IMG/VR virus record: IMGVR_UViG_3300017991_005548
Coordinates: 124,001-188,000 of that record
Direction: 5' to 3' (one strand)
DNA: 64,000 nt
A program made the translations under genes and the position numbers. The notes beneath the pieces were generated by a model. It worked only from the letters and a program-made list of their open reading frames with translations. It made no database searches and was not told where the DNA came from. This document shows positions 53,601 to 61,449 of the stretch, one piece after another (positions within the stretch are counted from its first letter, which is position 1; every line of letters starts with the position of its first letter).

Positions 53601-56600
53601 ACAGAATCCATTAACTGAGTTACACCCATCTCCTGGGTTCCGATGATAGCCTCAAACTCCCCAGCACCGAACGACATCTCTCTCAAAGCGTCAAGATAAC
53701 CTTCACGTATATCTTTTGTTAGTTCATAGATTTTATTTTGAGCGCTTAAAGATTTTTGTTGCAAGTCATTGAAGTCACCTATTTGTTTATTAAGGATACC
53801 ATGAATCATTCGACGTTTATTATCTGTGACACCCATTTCTTTAAGAGTAGCCAGCCCTTGGCCAAGAGCCGCTTGTATACCTTCTGTGGTGTCTTGATTC
53901 TTTGCGGCATTAAACGTAGAGAGCATGATCATCTTAGCCCTTTCTCGCTCTTCCTTCGTTAAGCCTTTCATGATCTTTTCATCTGAGACTTCGATGGCAA
54001 CTCGTTGATCCTGAAGCTGTATTTGTTCTTGAATCGCTTTAATATTATCGTATGACAAATTTACTTGTTTCTGCATCATCTGAATTGATGCACCCATACC
54101 AAATTGAGCATTTTCCATCAAAGTTCTTTCAGTATCCAACCTGGATTCCAATACTGAATTCATTTTCAAATGCTCGTCAACCGCTCCTCTAATAACTTTA
54201 CTAACTGCGTCTGCCGCTGTTTTCTGATTATCGATAACTGTCTTCTGTTGCTCTGCTATTTTAAGAACTTCTGTTGTTAGACTTCGACGCATGAGTTCGT
54301 TAGCATTCAACTCATCCATCTTCTTCTTGACAGCATCTAAGTCATTAATCTGTTTCGCCGCTTGAACATCAAGCTCTAACTGAATACCTTCTTCTCCAAG
54401 TTGTCGGATTCTATCCTCGATAGCTGAAACAGCTTCATCCAGAGTCCCTAGACGATTTTTATCAACTCCAAGGCCAATCATAATTTCTCTTCTGGCCCCT
54501 AATACTTCATCCAAGTATCTCTGTGCTTCTTCTGTTTCTTTTAAAATAACTTGGAATGCTTCACTATATGCCTCTGATGCTTGTTTGGAAGTCATAACAA
54601 ACATTTCGTTTAATGCGTCGATTTGTGAGTAAATAACATCCCTCTGAGAAGCTAACAATTTGAGGTTTGCTTCATGAGTTTTCTTAATTCTTTCCCATCT
54701 TTTGAGCATTTCTCCAAGAGTATCTGACTCATCTTTGATCCCTGTGAGTGAACCAGTTCTGAATTTTTTTCTACTTCGTTGATCAGCCTCCTCATTCTTC
54801 TTTTTTTCTAGTTCTTCTCTATTAATGGCTTCTGAAATCTTTTGACCAACAATACCGCCAATAGTAGCTCCAATCATTGTCCCCGCTGGGCCAGCCAAAG
54901 ATCCAAGCAATCCACCAACAATAGCCCCACCGCCAGCGCCGACACCAGAAACAGCACTTCTTCTTAAGGAATCCCCTTTGTCAAACCCTGCACTTCTAGA
55001 TCTTGAATATTCCCCCATCCCACTCATGACAGCCCCAATCACTGCCATTGGGATGGCCATCTTCATTCCTGCCATCATTTGAGAGCCTGCACCCCCTGCG
55101 CTTCCCGCTCTCATTCCAGCGCCTGCTTCTTGCCCACCTCTTCTTAGAGCGGATCTGACATATTCCGAATTTCTTCTATCTGCGATCCTTCTGCCTCTAT
55201 TGGCAATTTGATCACCCCTTATTCGTCTATTGGCCCCTTGCTCAATGGTGTCTGTCCATCTTCTTGCAGACTCTTCAAAGGCATCTGCTCTACTTCTAGT
55301 TGCAGAGGCTACCGCAGAAGCGGCTCTCCCAGCCCCTCCTCTTCCTCTACCAGCAGAAGCGACACCTTCACCAGCCCTTCCTATGGCATCACTTACATCT
55401 TCTGTCTTATCTCTTATTTTTTCTAATGAATCAAGCCAAATCTCAAATCTTTTGGGCACTTTACCAATCTGACTAGCGATGCCTGTTCCCATAAGTGTGG
55501 TCAATGCTTGGAACGCACCAACAACCAGAAATACCTTTTCTGGCAGACTATTCATATATTCCAGTACTTTGGACATACCCTCTGCAATGGTTTTTATATG
55601 AGGTTCAAGAGCTTGCCCCATCTTCAATACAGCATCTGCACTTTGTTGTTGTACTTTGGCTACTGACTTATTGGTTTGTAGAAGATCTTGCTCTTTTTGG
55701 TTGGTTTCTGTAGTATATTTTAAGAGACGTTCTCTTTGTTGAGCACTCATGTTCCCATATTCACCAGCAACCGCCAATGACGTTCTTAGAACCTTCAACC
55801 TTTCTCTTGCTCCTGCGGCCTCATCTTTATCACCAGTTCTGATCTCCTCCATAACCTTACTGACTTCCATCATAGCATCTAAAGCAGGAGGATAGCTCTC
55901 AAAAACACCTAACAAATCTTGAGCGACTTCTTTGGCAACTTTTACATTAGGTCCGAACTGTGTTTGAAGGATCTTCGCGAATTGAGCTATCTGTTGAACA
56001 GTAGGAGTCATTCCAACATAACCAGAAGCAACACTTTGAGCAAAATCAACGAATTCTTTTTTGGAGAAACTTGTCTCTTTGCTGACATATCGCATGGTGT
56101 CGGCCATATTTTTATTGCCAACCCCGAATACTTTATATGTCCTTTCCAAATCATAAAGAGACTGGTTGTACTCAAGAACACTATTCATTGCATTCCCGAT
56201 AGAGAATGTCTGAGCGCCAAATGCTCCAAGGAATTTATTAAACTCCGCGCCAGCGGCCCTCATTGCACTTTGCATTTTGTGAAGTGCTTTTATGTTGTCT
56301 TTAATTTTCTCAGAATAAGTTCTAGATTCTTTGGCTATTTTTTCTTTTGCTAAGGCATGCCTTTTTTCTTCAATCCTTGCTTCTTTGGTTTTCTTAATGC
56401 TTTCTTTGATAGCATTGAGTTCTTTTATAATACTTTCCCGACTTCTATCAGTGAGTTGGCTATTTCTTCCTTTTTCTTCAGCCTCTTTTCTTATAGCTTT
56501 GATAGCTTTGTCAATATTACCAGACATACGTCCGTAACTAATCAAAGTGTCTTCAACAGTCTTGTGTAATTCATTTTGAGCTTCGGCACTTTTCTTGGAT

Positions 56601-56860
56601 TGAGATCTAATAGACTCCAGGGCTTCTTTGTATTTTTTGAAAGCACTATCTACATCTTTTACGGACTTGATGAAGTCTTTGAGTTTATCTTCACTCATAC
56701 CGAGAGATTTTGCAAAATCCTTAAGATTTTTTTCGGCCTCTTTAGTGTTTAAGGAAAGACTGGCGGCTCTTTTAAGAGCTTCAATAAAGTTATTCAACTG
56801 AGTCATTTGCTCAGGAGTAACAACCAAATCTTCTATAAAATCTCGTGAAATGTCTGCCAT
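50627..56860 (-). CDS. Tape measure protein (2077 aa)
   Basis: Long helical/coiled-coil composition; Gly-zipper hydrophobic segment GAGGGAIVGGLLGSLAGPAGTMIGATIGGIVG; downstream of the tail tube and frameshifting chaperone. Confidence 0.88.
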   Translation of the reverse strand: MADISRDFIEDLVVTPEQMTQLNNFIEALKRAASLSLNTKEAEKNLKDFAKSLGMSEDKLKDFIKSVKDVDSAFKKYKEALESIRSQSKKSAEAQNELHKTVEDTLISYGRMSGNIDKAIKAIRKEAEEKGRNSQLTDRSRESIIKELNAIKESIKKTKEARIEEKRHALAKEKIAKESRTYSEKIKDNIKALHKMQSAMRAAGAEFNKFLGAFGAQTFSIGNAMNSVLEYNQSLYDLERTYKVFGVGNKNMADTMRYVSKETSFSKKEFVDFAQSVASGYVGMTPTVQQIAQFAKILQTQFGPNVKVAKEVAQDLLGVFESYPPALDAMMEVSKVMEEIRTGDKDEAAGARERLKVLRTSLAVAGEYGNMSAQQRERLLKYTTETNQKEQDLLQTNKSVAKVQQQSADAVLKMGQALEPHIKTIAEGMSKVLEYMNSLPEKVFLVVGAFQALTTLMGTGIASQIGKVPKRFEIWLDSLEKIRDKTEDVSDAIGRAGEGVASAGRGRGGAGRAASAVASATRSRADAFEESARRWTDTIEQGANRRIRGDQIANRGRRIADRRNSEYVRSALRRGGQEAGAGMRAGSAGGAGSQMMAGMKMAIPMAVIGAVMSGMGEYSRSRSAGFDKGDSLRRSAVSGVGAGGGAIVGGLLGSLAGPAGTMIGATIGGIVGQKISEAINREELEKKKNEEADQRSRKKFRTGSLTGIKDESDTLGEMLKRWERIKKTHEANLKLLASQRDVIYSQIDALNEMFVMTSKQASEAYSEAFQVILKETEEAQRYLDEVLGARREIMIGLGVDKNRLGTLDEAVSAIEDRIRQLGEEGIQLELDVQAAKQINDLDAVKKKMDELNANELMRRSLTTEVLKIAEQQKTVIDNQKTAADAVSKVIRGAVDEHLKMNSVLESRLDTERTLMENAQFGMGASIQMMQKQVNLSYDNIKAIQEQIQLQDQRVAIEVSDEKIMKGLTKEERERAKMIMLSTFNAAKNQDTTEGIQAALGQGLATLKEMGVTDNKRRMIHGILNKQIGDFNDLQQKSLSAQNKIYELTKDIREGYLDALREMSFGAGEFEAIIGTQEMGVTQLMDSVKGVTGIDFLNTMALGGYTIQGSEASKARMAAPSKYTIGGFQAGAFAGAQVDDIFGYGRSAQAFQQHMMGKGAAPTAGYIGDNREHENTKGAILEQNINKQGFMESEFSRALHTWSGGGNNLQSVKIDVRTGEGGKGAPGQERRTRRGANTVTAFAGAVAGGSRGTTPEATNVFAPSAAPGPMGIPPVMLRQMQKDPKMQGLLKYSQEISNKMTELNDSGRNDSKTLKSLQKEQVKVSKAIVRRQRDIAKGFSGASQTLSDGSMHWGVDVKQFLSWGGHRGPMEGAPAPATGPTRKPAAKPVTGGATPKGGTATATSEIKKLSREQEYIMSTQIESWNQLDARMNEFKGVEAQAIASLAMNIQSSMKNAEENSYEMMGLEYSMGTAIKELRKRDSRMAETIQSQIVKEEMNHLDNLIKEGNLNAYTISKSTERLAKSLGMTEDEIIKKVHAVSENATELMKAHKEVAVSMSSGSKKQEDMSKAIRMGEALSIKRGSLVGTAQERMHVLLQKGEGQDKRSAIAAQAEYVFEELMKEEVFRSKSLKEQEAEFRDIMASVMGYTDDKEAIAHGKAKVSKIIRKNRQDRAEKRKKASAEAIRREEEYMDKVDAEYRKRKGIPEPGSQQSRRVKKEPAKQAQGPQFKKGIEWEDFLTKAEKGKLSRSKGIRLATARQMGKEAIPEEVKKNVLPKSTKATRPSSKAPTPTPTPTPTPTPVLDRYASVPEDIGTVDLTGPIEKMGVPKIPTASIGQKVMSDEEAREIARKGLAKSRAGRDTRPAGEGVNYLSMPKVNKKLPATPYSQNITRMKELQSKALDRDATSAERAAARSELEKLKGADKSALKWGSTALGGHVRYDPDRQAEAEAEAARVKEREKAYADARANAPESTGGRVPTALGGNQGIIVHRGGKAKPQTPRAVGKGKGGVVRSDIVSDAATQAEYRRSSGREMAGLDGGPSESGGKEVLGELKITLSDKIDAEMTKNSRLRMSFEKMA
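51464..51503. repeat. 12-bp tandem repeat encoding a Pro-Thr linker in the tape measure protein
   Basis: tggagtaggtgt x3, giving PTPTPTPTPTP. Confidence 0.85.
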
Positions 56861-56863
56861 TTA

Positions 56864-57967
56864 TTAAACCGTACTTTTTTCCAAAATACCTTGCTCTAAT
56901 TTTGCCAATAAGAGTGATACTGATAATATGTATCCTGCATGGACGATAGAATTCTCACTAAATTCCATCATTACATTTGGAGGTTCTTCTGTTTCTGGGA
57001 TTTCAGGATATCCCATATCCCCAAACTCACCTTTTGCTTTATTGTAAGCATCATAATCCAGTTTTGTTCGTTCGTATTCCATCTCAGAATCTGTCTTTGA
57101 AAAGGTTGACAAGTCTAAATTCTCAAGAATCTCTCTTCTGGCATTATTAAATGCCCCAACAAGCCCCCCTTTGTTTAGATAAGTTCCACTAATAACACCA
57201 TTGTATATCTTGTAAACTACTTGATCGACTTTATTCAAACGTGGTATATAAGGTAACGCATTCAGCATTTCCGCATAATCAGAGAGTTCGTTCGATCTTA
57301 TCAATGCTTTTGTTTTGTCCCAATATTCTTGGTCTCCTAATGCACCTAGAATCTCGTTTGAGAAATGATGCAGGAAGAAACTAAATGTGTTATGAAGTCT
57401 TTCTCTTCTTTCTTTCTCTCTCTTGCCCTTCTCTTTTTGTAAGAATTCTTTAGCTCCCCAATGACTTTCTAAATCTTTTGTCTCTTGAACATATTTGCTT
57501 TCATAAGCATTTACCATTTTTCCCATAGACGTTGCTATGGCATTCTCTTCTGCTTCTGAAGATTCGACTGAGTCAAATGCTGATAGATATGTTGCGTAAT
57601 TAGATAGATATTCGCGATATTGCCCTCTAGCTAATAATGTAGACAATGTTTTATAAATGAAGGGATATTGCCTGAATTTTGCCGTGTTATTCATTAATGA
57701 ACCCAACACACTAGAATAAAATTCTGAGACATTGTCAGATCGAGGGTTCGGTCTTCTAGAGAAAGATTTCCCTGCATTTTCAAAAAGGTAAACTAAAGCT
57801 TGAGGGACTTCTTTGACAGACAACTCTCTTGTAGGAAACGTCTTTACAAAGTCATGGAAATCTTTTTCTTGACCTTCTGCCAATTTGAGAAAAAGATCTT
57901 CAATTTTCTTATTCTTGGAGGTACAAGCTAACTTATTTAGGTCCTGGAGTAATTCATAGGGGATCAT
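56864..57967 (-). CDS. Hypothetical alpha-helical protein between the chaperones and the tape measure
   Basis: 367-aa ORF preceded by the AAAGG-N19-GAATA motif. No recognisable family. Confidence 0.75.
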   Translation of the reverse strand: MIPYELLQDLNKLACTSKNKKIEDLFLKLAEGQEKDFHDFVKTFPTRELSVKEVPQALVYLFENAGKSFSRRPNPRSDNVSEFYSSVLGSLMNNTAKFRQYPFIYKTLSTLLARGQYREYLSNYATYLSAFDSVESSEAEENAIATSMGKMVNAYESKYVQETKDLESHWGAKEFLQKEKGKREKERRERLHNTFSFFLHHFSNEILGALGDQEYWDKTKALIRSNELSDYAEMLNALPYIPRLNKVDQVVYKIYNGVISGTYLNKGGLVGAFNNARREILENLDLSTFSKTDSEMEYERTKLDYDAYNKAKGEFGDMGYPEIPETEEPPNVMMEFSENSIVHAGYILSVSLLLAKLEQGILEKSTV

Positions 57968-58000
57968 AACACAACACCGACAAAAGATTATTTAATCTTT

Positions 58001-58029
58001 TATTCAAATAAATGAATCACAAGACCTTT
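58001..58029 (-). promoter_or_regulatory. Putative late promoter AAAGG-N19-GAATA
   Basis: AAAGGtcttgtgattcatttatttGAATA, with identical boxes and spacing at 60431-60459 and 61450-61478. Confidence 0.65.
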
Positions 58030-58558
58030 AGAAAAGTCCGTTGCCAGCGATTTTTTCAGATACCTTTGCTCTCAAAGCCTTGACAATTTTCGGATGTAGT
58101 TGAGCCATATCTGTAAGTGGTCTCTCCATAGTCCATGATCTAACCAATGTCATGAGCCTAACATTTTCAAGCTCTATGAAGTCAGCAAATTGAGCATCTT
58201 CAATACTTTGAATGGGCCTGGAGTTCATGATATACTCAGTGTCTTTTTGACTAGGGTATTTAAAAGTCATATTGAAAGAATGAGTTTTCTTGTCAGTACC
58301 TTCATACTCTTCGTCAAAATCTTTGATCACTGGTTCTCTTAGATCATCAAGATAATACTCAACATCTATCTCGAAAGTGTCACTTTCTGTAATGAAGATG
58401 TCGTCATTGTTATCAACCTTAGGCTTTTCAACTTTTGGCTTTTCGGCCTTAACTTCCTCGACCTTTGGTTCTTCAACCTTTGGTTCTTCAACTTTAACTT
58501 CCTCAACCTTTGGTTCTTCAACCTTTGGCTTTTCAACTGTAGGTTTTTGCTCGTCCAT
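58028..58558 (-). CDS. Second tail assembly chaperone-like protein (paralog of 58866-59297) with N-terminal KVEEP repeats
   Basis: FITESDTFEIDVEYY vs FIKEDSTVDVIIYY; RLMTLVRSW vs RLVQLIHSW; LHPKIVKAL vs LAPEIAETI. Start is probably MDEQ (AGGA RBS); the alternative is ATG at 58594. Confidence 0.65.
   Translation of the reverse strand: MDEQKPTVEKPKVEEPKVEEVKVEEPKVEEPKVEEVKAEKPKVEKPKVDNNDDIFITESDTFEIDVEYYLDDLREPVIKDFDEEYEGTDKKTHSFNMTFKYPSQKDTEYIMNSRPIQSIEDAQFADFIELENVRLMTLVRSWTMERPLTDMAQLHPKIVKALRAKVSEKIAGNGLF
58414..58535. repeat. 15-bp degenerate tandem repeat (KVEEP/KVEEV/KVEKP)
   Basis: aacctttggttcttc-type units. Confidence 0.85.
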
Positions 58559-58590
58559 TTTTTTCTTTCCTTTTTGTCTTCTGCGCCTTC

Positions 58591-58869
58591 TCATATTTCT
58601 CTCATCATTTTTGTTCCAGGCTTCATTGTTGACCTGGCCTCAGATTTGAATTTTTGTGCTTGCGCCTTAGCGTCCAATGCGGCATTCTTTACCCTTTTCA
58701 TGTAATTATGTTTTTGAATCCATTTATAAGGTAAAGATGCAATATACGTGGGAGTCCAGCCATATTCTTCAATAAAGCTGAGTTCCACAAGGTCTCTCAT
58801 AATATCAGGATCTACAGCAGTTGTTATGGACCCCGTGCTCATAAAATAGCCTAACAACTGCTCATCTAT
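58591..58869 (-). CDS. C-terminal (T) portion of the frameshifted tail assembly chaperone (gpGT-like)
   Basis: The -1 frame is open across the upstream stop (ATA GAT GAG CAG TTG TTA GGC...). YGWTP..I..LP motif is typical of the T segment. It has no clear RBS of its own. Confidence 0.8.
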   Translation of the reverse strand: MDEQLLGYFMSTGSITTAVDPDIMRDLVELSFIEEYGWTPTYIASLPYKWIQKHNYMKRVKNAALDAKAQAQKFKSEARSTMKPGTKMMREI

Positions 58870-59297
58870 TTTTTTTCCTCTTCCTCGCTCAAATAAGTTA
58901 TCTCATCATAGGCGTTGAGGATAGTTTCGGCAATCTCTGGAGCCAAACTTTTAATAGATTTCTCTGTCACTCTAACAGGGACTTGATTACCTTTGTTGTC
59001 GGTTGCTGTCGCATCCCAACTATGAATCAATTGGACAAGTCGGTTCTCTTTGTATAACTTATAATTGAATCGACGGTTTCCTTCCCCGTCCAATTCAATC
59101 CCACCTTCTTGTAAGTCATTGTAAAGCCCCCAAGTCAACTGTTTCATTTTAACAGTAATCTTCTTCAGCTTTTCCTTATCTTCATCTGTTAGGTCTTCAG
59201 AAGTTTTGAACTCTTGTTCTGAGTAGGATTGATAATGCAGTCCTATTTTTTTGTAGTAGATAATGACATCTACTGTGCTGTCTTCTTTGATAAACAT
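58866..59297 (-). CDS. Tail assembly chaperone (gpG-like)
   Basis: Immediately after the tail tube; ends EEEEKK* on the slippery GAA AAA AAA TAG; AGGAG RBS. Confidence 0.82.
   Translation of the reverse strand: MFIKEDSTVDVIIYYKKIGLHYQSYSEQEFKTSEDLTDEDKEKLKKITVKMKQLTWGLYNDLQEGGIELDGEGNRRFNYKLYKENRLVQLIHSWDATATDNKGNQVPVRVTEKSIKSLAPEIAETILNAYDEITYLSEEEEKK
58869..58875 (-). other. Programmed -1 ribosomal frameshift site A AAA AAA
   Basis: The A8 run at 58869-58876 forms an X XXY YYZ heptamer in frame just before TAG. A -1 slip enters the 58591-58857 ORF. Confidence 0.85.
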
Positions 59298-59329
59298 AGC
59301 ACAACTTTCTCCTATTGTTATGTGTTGGT

Positions 59330-59337
59330 ATTATACA
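59330..59337 (-). promoter_or_regulatory. TGTATAAT -10-like element upstream of the chaperone
   Basis: Directly follows the terminator U-tract. Shared octamer with 29385-29392 and 50605-50612. Confidence 0.45.
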
Positions 59338-59338
59338 G

Positions 59339-59366
59339 AAAAAAGCCCTCTAAAAGATAGAGGGCT
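59339..59366 (-). terminator. Rho-independent terminator after the tail tube gene
   Basis: AGCCCTCTA-TCTTT-TAGAGGGCT 9-bp stem followed by TTTTT on the minus strand. Confidence 0.8.
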
Positions 59367-59379
59367 AGAAATAGAAGGT

Positions 59380-59402
59380 GGTCCCTTTTTATTAAAGGGA
59401 CC
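59380..59402. other. Second perfect hairpin in the tail tube 3' UTR
   Basis: GGTCCCTTT-TTATT-AAAGGGACC 9-bp stem, without a clean U-tract. Confidence 0.7.
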
Positions 59403-59433
59403 TTGATAAATTGTGCAAATGAGTAACTTGGTA

Positions 59434-60363
59434 TTATGGGGAAGCAGAAAGATCCCAAGGGAATCCAGTCTGATGGGTAACTCCCGTAAATCCAACTGTT
59501 GAAATGACAGGACCCGTATTCAAGGTAGGTTCTACCCTGTGGAATCTAACTTTCATTTCGGTTGTTGAAGATCCACCCGTACAATTACTGCTCAATCCAA
59601 ACTGGAGGGTATGTACTCCGTCTGCACAATAATCTTCGAATGTTTCAGCCCCGTTAAAGTCTGGTGCATTGTAAACAGAAAGCGTTCCAGAGATCTGTCT
59701 GATACCAGGAACAATATCGAATGGGAACAAGTCAGCTTGACCCAAACCATATACTGTTTCAATGTTGTTGTTCACGGTGAATTCGAAATTACTGAATTTA
59801 ATATCAGTCAAAACGGCAGGGATGTCGTTATTTACTGGGTCAGTTGCACCGCCAGCAATGATTGTGACGTTGACTTTATCCCAAGTAAGCAACTTTTCCG
59901 CATCAGTGAAGTGAGGTGGAGGATTGGAACCAAACGCATTTGCGCTTGTACCAATAACATCCAAAGAAAACTGAGCAACTTCACCAGCCGCTACTGAAAA
60001 ATTGAAAGTATTTACAAAGAGGTTTTCAAACAATCTGTCTCTGCTACAGAAGTAATAAAGCTGGATATCTTTAGTACTGAGACCACCACAAGCATCGCCT
60101 GCGTCATCTCTACCAGCGGCCCATTGGATCACGCTGTCTGTTCCAGATAGAAATGTTTCGGTGACGGGTCCGCTAATGCTTCCGCCAACCTCGATTTTAC
60201 CGTATACGTAGGCATCCCTGTCCCAGTCACCTGAAACAAGGTCGGGTGCCTCGATTTCTTGTCTTGCAGTGATATTAGCATCGGAGAATCGGAGTTGAGT
60301 ACCACCGATATCTGCAATACCTCTATAACCTGCATTTACTAAACCATTAGCTCCTATTGACAT
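59434..60363 (-). CDS. Major tail (tube) protein, siphovirus-type
   Basis: VGGSISGP, FNFSVAAGEVAQFSLDVIG and FSNFEFTVNNNIE...GIRQISGTLSV patterns. Strong AAGGAGA RBS, own promoter motif and terminator. Precedes the chaperone and tape measure. Confidence 0.8.
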   Translation of the reverse strand: MSIGANGLVNAGYRGIADIGGTQLRFSDANITARQEIEAPDLVSGDWDRDAYVYGKIEVGGSISGPVTETFLSGTDSVIQWAAGRDDAGDACGGLSTKDIQLYYFCSRDRLFENLFVNTFNFSVAAGEVAQFSLDVIGTSANAFGSNPPPHFTDAEKLLTWDKVNVTIIAGGATDPVNNDIPAVLTDIKFSNFEFTVNNNIETVYGLGQADLFPFDIVPGIRQISGTLSVYNAPDFNGAETFEDYCADGVHTLQFGLSSNCTGGSSTTEMKVRFHRVEPTLNTGPVISTVGFTGVTHQTGFPWDLSASP

Positions 60364-60430
60364 ATCATTTATCTCCTTCTTGTCGCAATTGATTTAAGGT
60401 TTCTCCCTAAATCTGCACCAATATTAATTA

Positions 60431-60459
60431 TATTCTCTAACTTTTTACAAAATCCCTTT
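60431..60459 (-). promoter_or_regulatory. Putative late promoter AAAGG-N19-GAATA (tail tube)
   Basis: AAAGGgattttgtaaaaagttagaGAATA, also followed by TATAAT. Confidence 0.65.
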
Positions 60460-60468
60460 GTTACGATA

Positions 60469-60822
60469 CTAAAATGCCATAGGTGCCCTGTACGACACTC
60501 CACTGCTGTATAAATCGGCGGCGTGACCATTGACATAATCGTACAAATAGTCCTCTATCATATCATTAATATCTGTATACGCAGAGGCCGTATCGGTTCT
60601 TCTCTGCTTAACACCATTCAAGACCAATTCATCCAAACTCATAACCAAAAGTTCAGGAAGATTAACTCCATCAGTATCTCTTGCGCTTGTTCTAATCCTG
60701 AAGTAATAGCTTACCTCAGAAATAAAAGTACCAGCACTTTGTGCGAGAATATTACCTAAGAAATCAACATTAATCGTTCTGGTGTTGTTAGCTGTCTCAT
60801 CATATATTCTAAATGTGGCCAT
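60469..60822 (-). CDS. Small putative virion protein, paralog of 60835-61416
   Basis: MATFRIYDE..TRTINV..IL..Y..IRTS.R..DG...P aligns with MATVQIFHE..TSTVSV..IL..Y..ISTS.R..DG...P. AGGAGG RBS. Confidence 0.75.
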   Translation of the reverse strand: MATFRIYDETANNTRTINVDFLGNILAQSAGTFISEVSYYFRIRTSARDTDGVNLPELLVMSLDELVLNGVKQRRTDTASAYTDINDMIEDYLYDYVNGHAADLYSSGVSYRAPMAF

Positions 60823-60834
60823 TCTCTTTCCTCC

Positions 60835-61416
60835 TTAAGCAGACGAACTGCTTGACTCAGATTGAGAACTCATACTCTGAGAACTCATACTCTGAGAACT
60901 ATCACTTTGAGAACTATCAGACTGAGAACTCATACTCTGAGAGCTACTAGATTCACTTTGTGAACTTTCAGATTTTGAACTCATACTCTGCGAACTCATA
61001 CTCTGCGAACTCATGCTTTGAGTACTTGAGCTATTACTTTGTGAGCTTCCAGATACTCCACCAGAACTACTTGAACTTTCTGAGTAATTTTCAGATGAAG
61101 TCGAGCTTTCTGATTGACTGGATGAACTATCACTTGAAGACTGACCATATTCTGCTTGATCAACAAAATATTCAATCCAACCATTAACCAACTCTGTGAA
61201 GTCAGCGGCAGGTGAGGAGGCTCCAGGAGCCACATCAGCCAAATCTTTAATTAAATAGGTAGGAAACGTAGATCCATCAACCTTCCTGATACTCGTAGAT
61301 ATAAGAAGATATGAATCTCTCGTCATCAAACCATCAGACAATATGGCAGTCTGCAAATTTACAGATACTGTCGAAGTACTGCCATCTTCTTCATGAAATA
61401 TTTGAACAGTTGCCAT
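60835..61416 (-). CDS. Small putative virion protein with a free ~100-aa C-terminal Ser tract
   Basis: Folded ~90-aa N-terminal domain followed by a Ser tract that runs to the stop codon. Confidence 0.8.
   Translation of the reverse strand: MATVQIFHEEDGSTSTVSVNLQTAILSDGLMTRDSYLLISTSIRKVDGSTFPTYLIKDLADVAPGASSPAADFTELVNGWIEYFVDQAEYGQSSSDSSSSQSESSTSSENYSESSSSSGGVSGSSQSNSSSTQSMSSQSMSSQSMSSKSESSQSESSSSQSMSSQSDSSQSDSSQSMSSQSMSSQSESSSSSA
60863..61015. repeat. 15-bp tandem repeats (SQSMS/SQSDS)
   Basis: tgagaactcatactc and tgcgaactcatactc units. Confidence 0.85.
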
Positions 61417-61449
61417 GTTTACAACCCCTAAATATAAAGTTTTAAGTCT

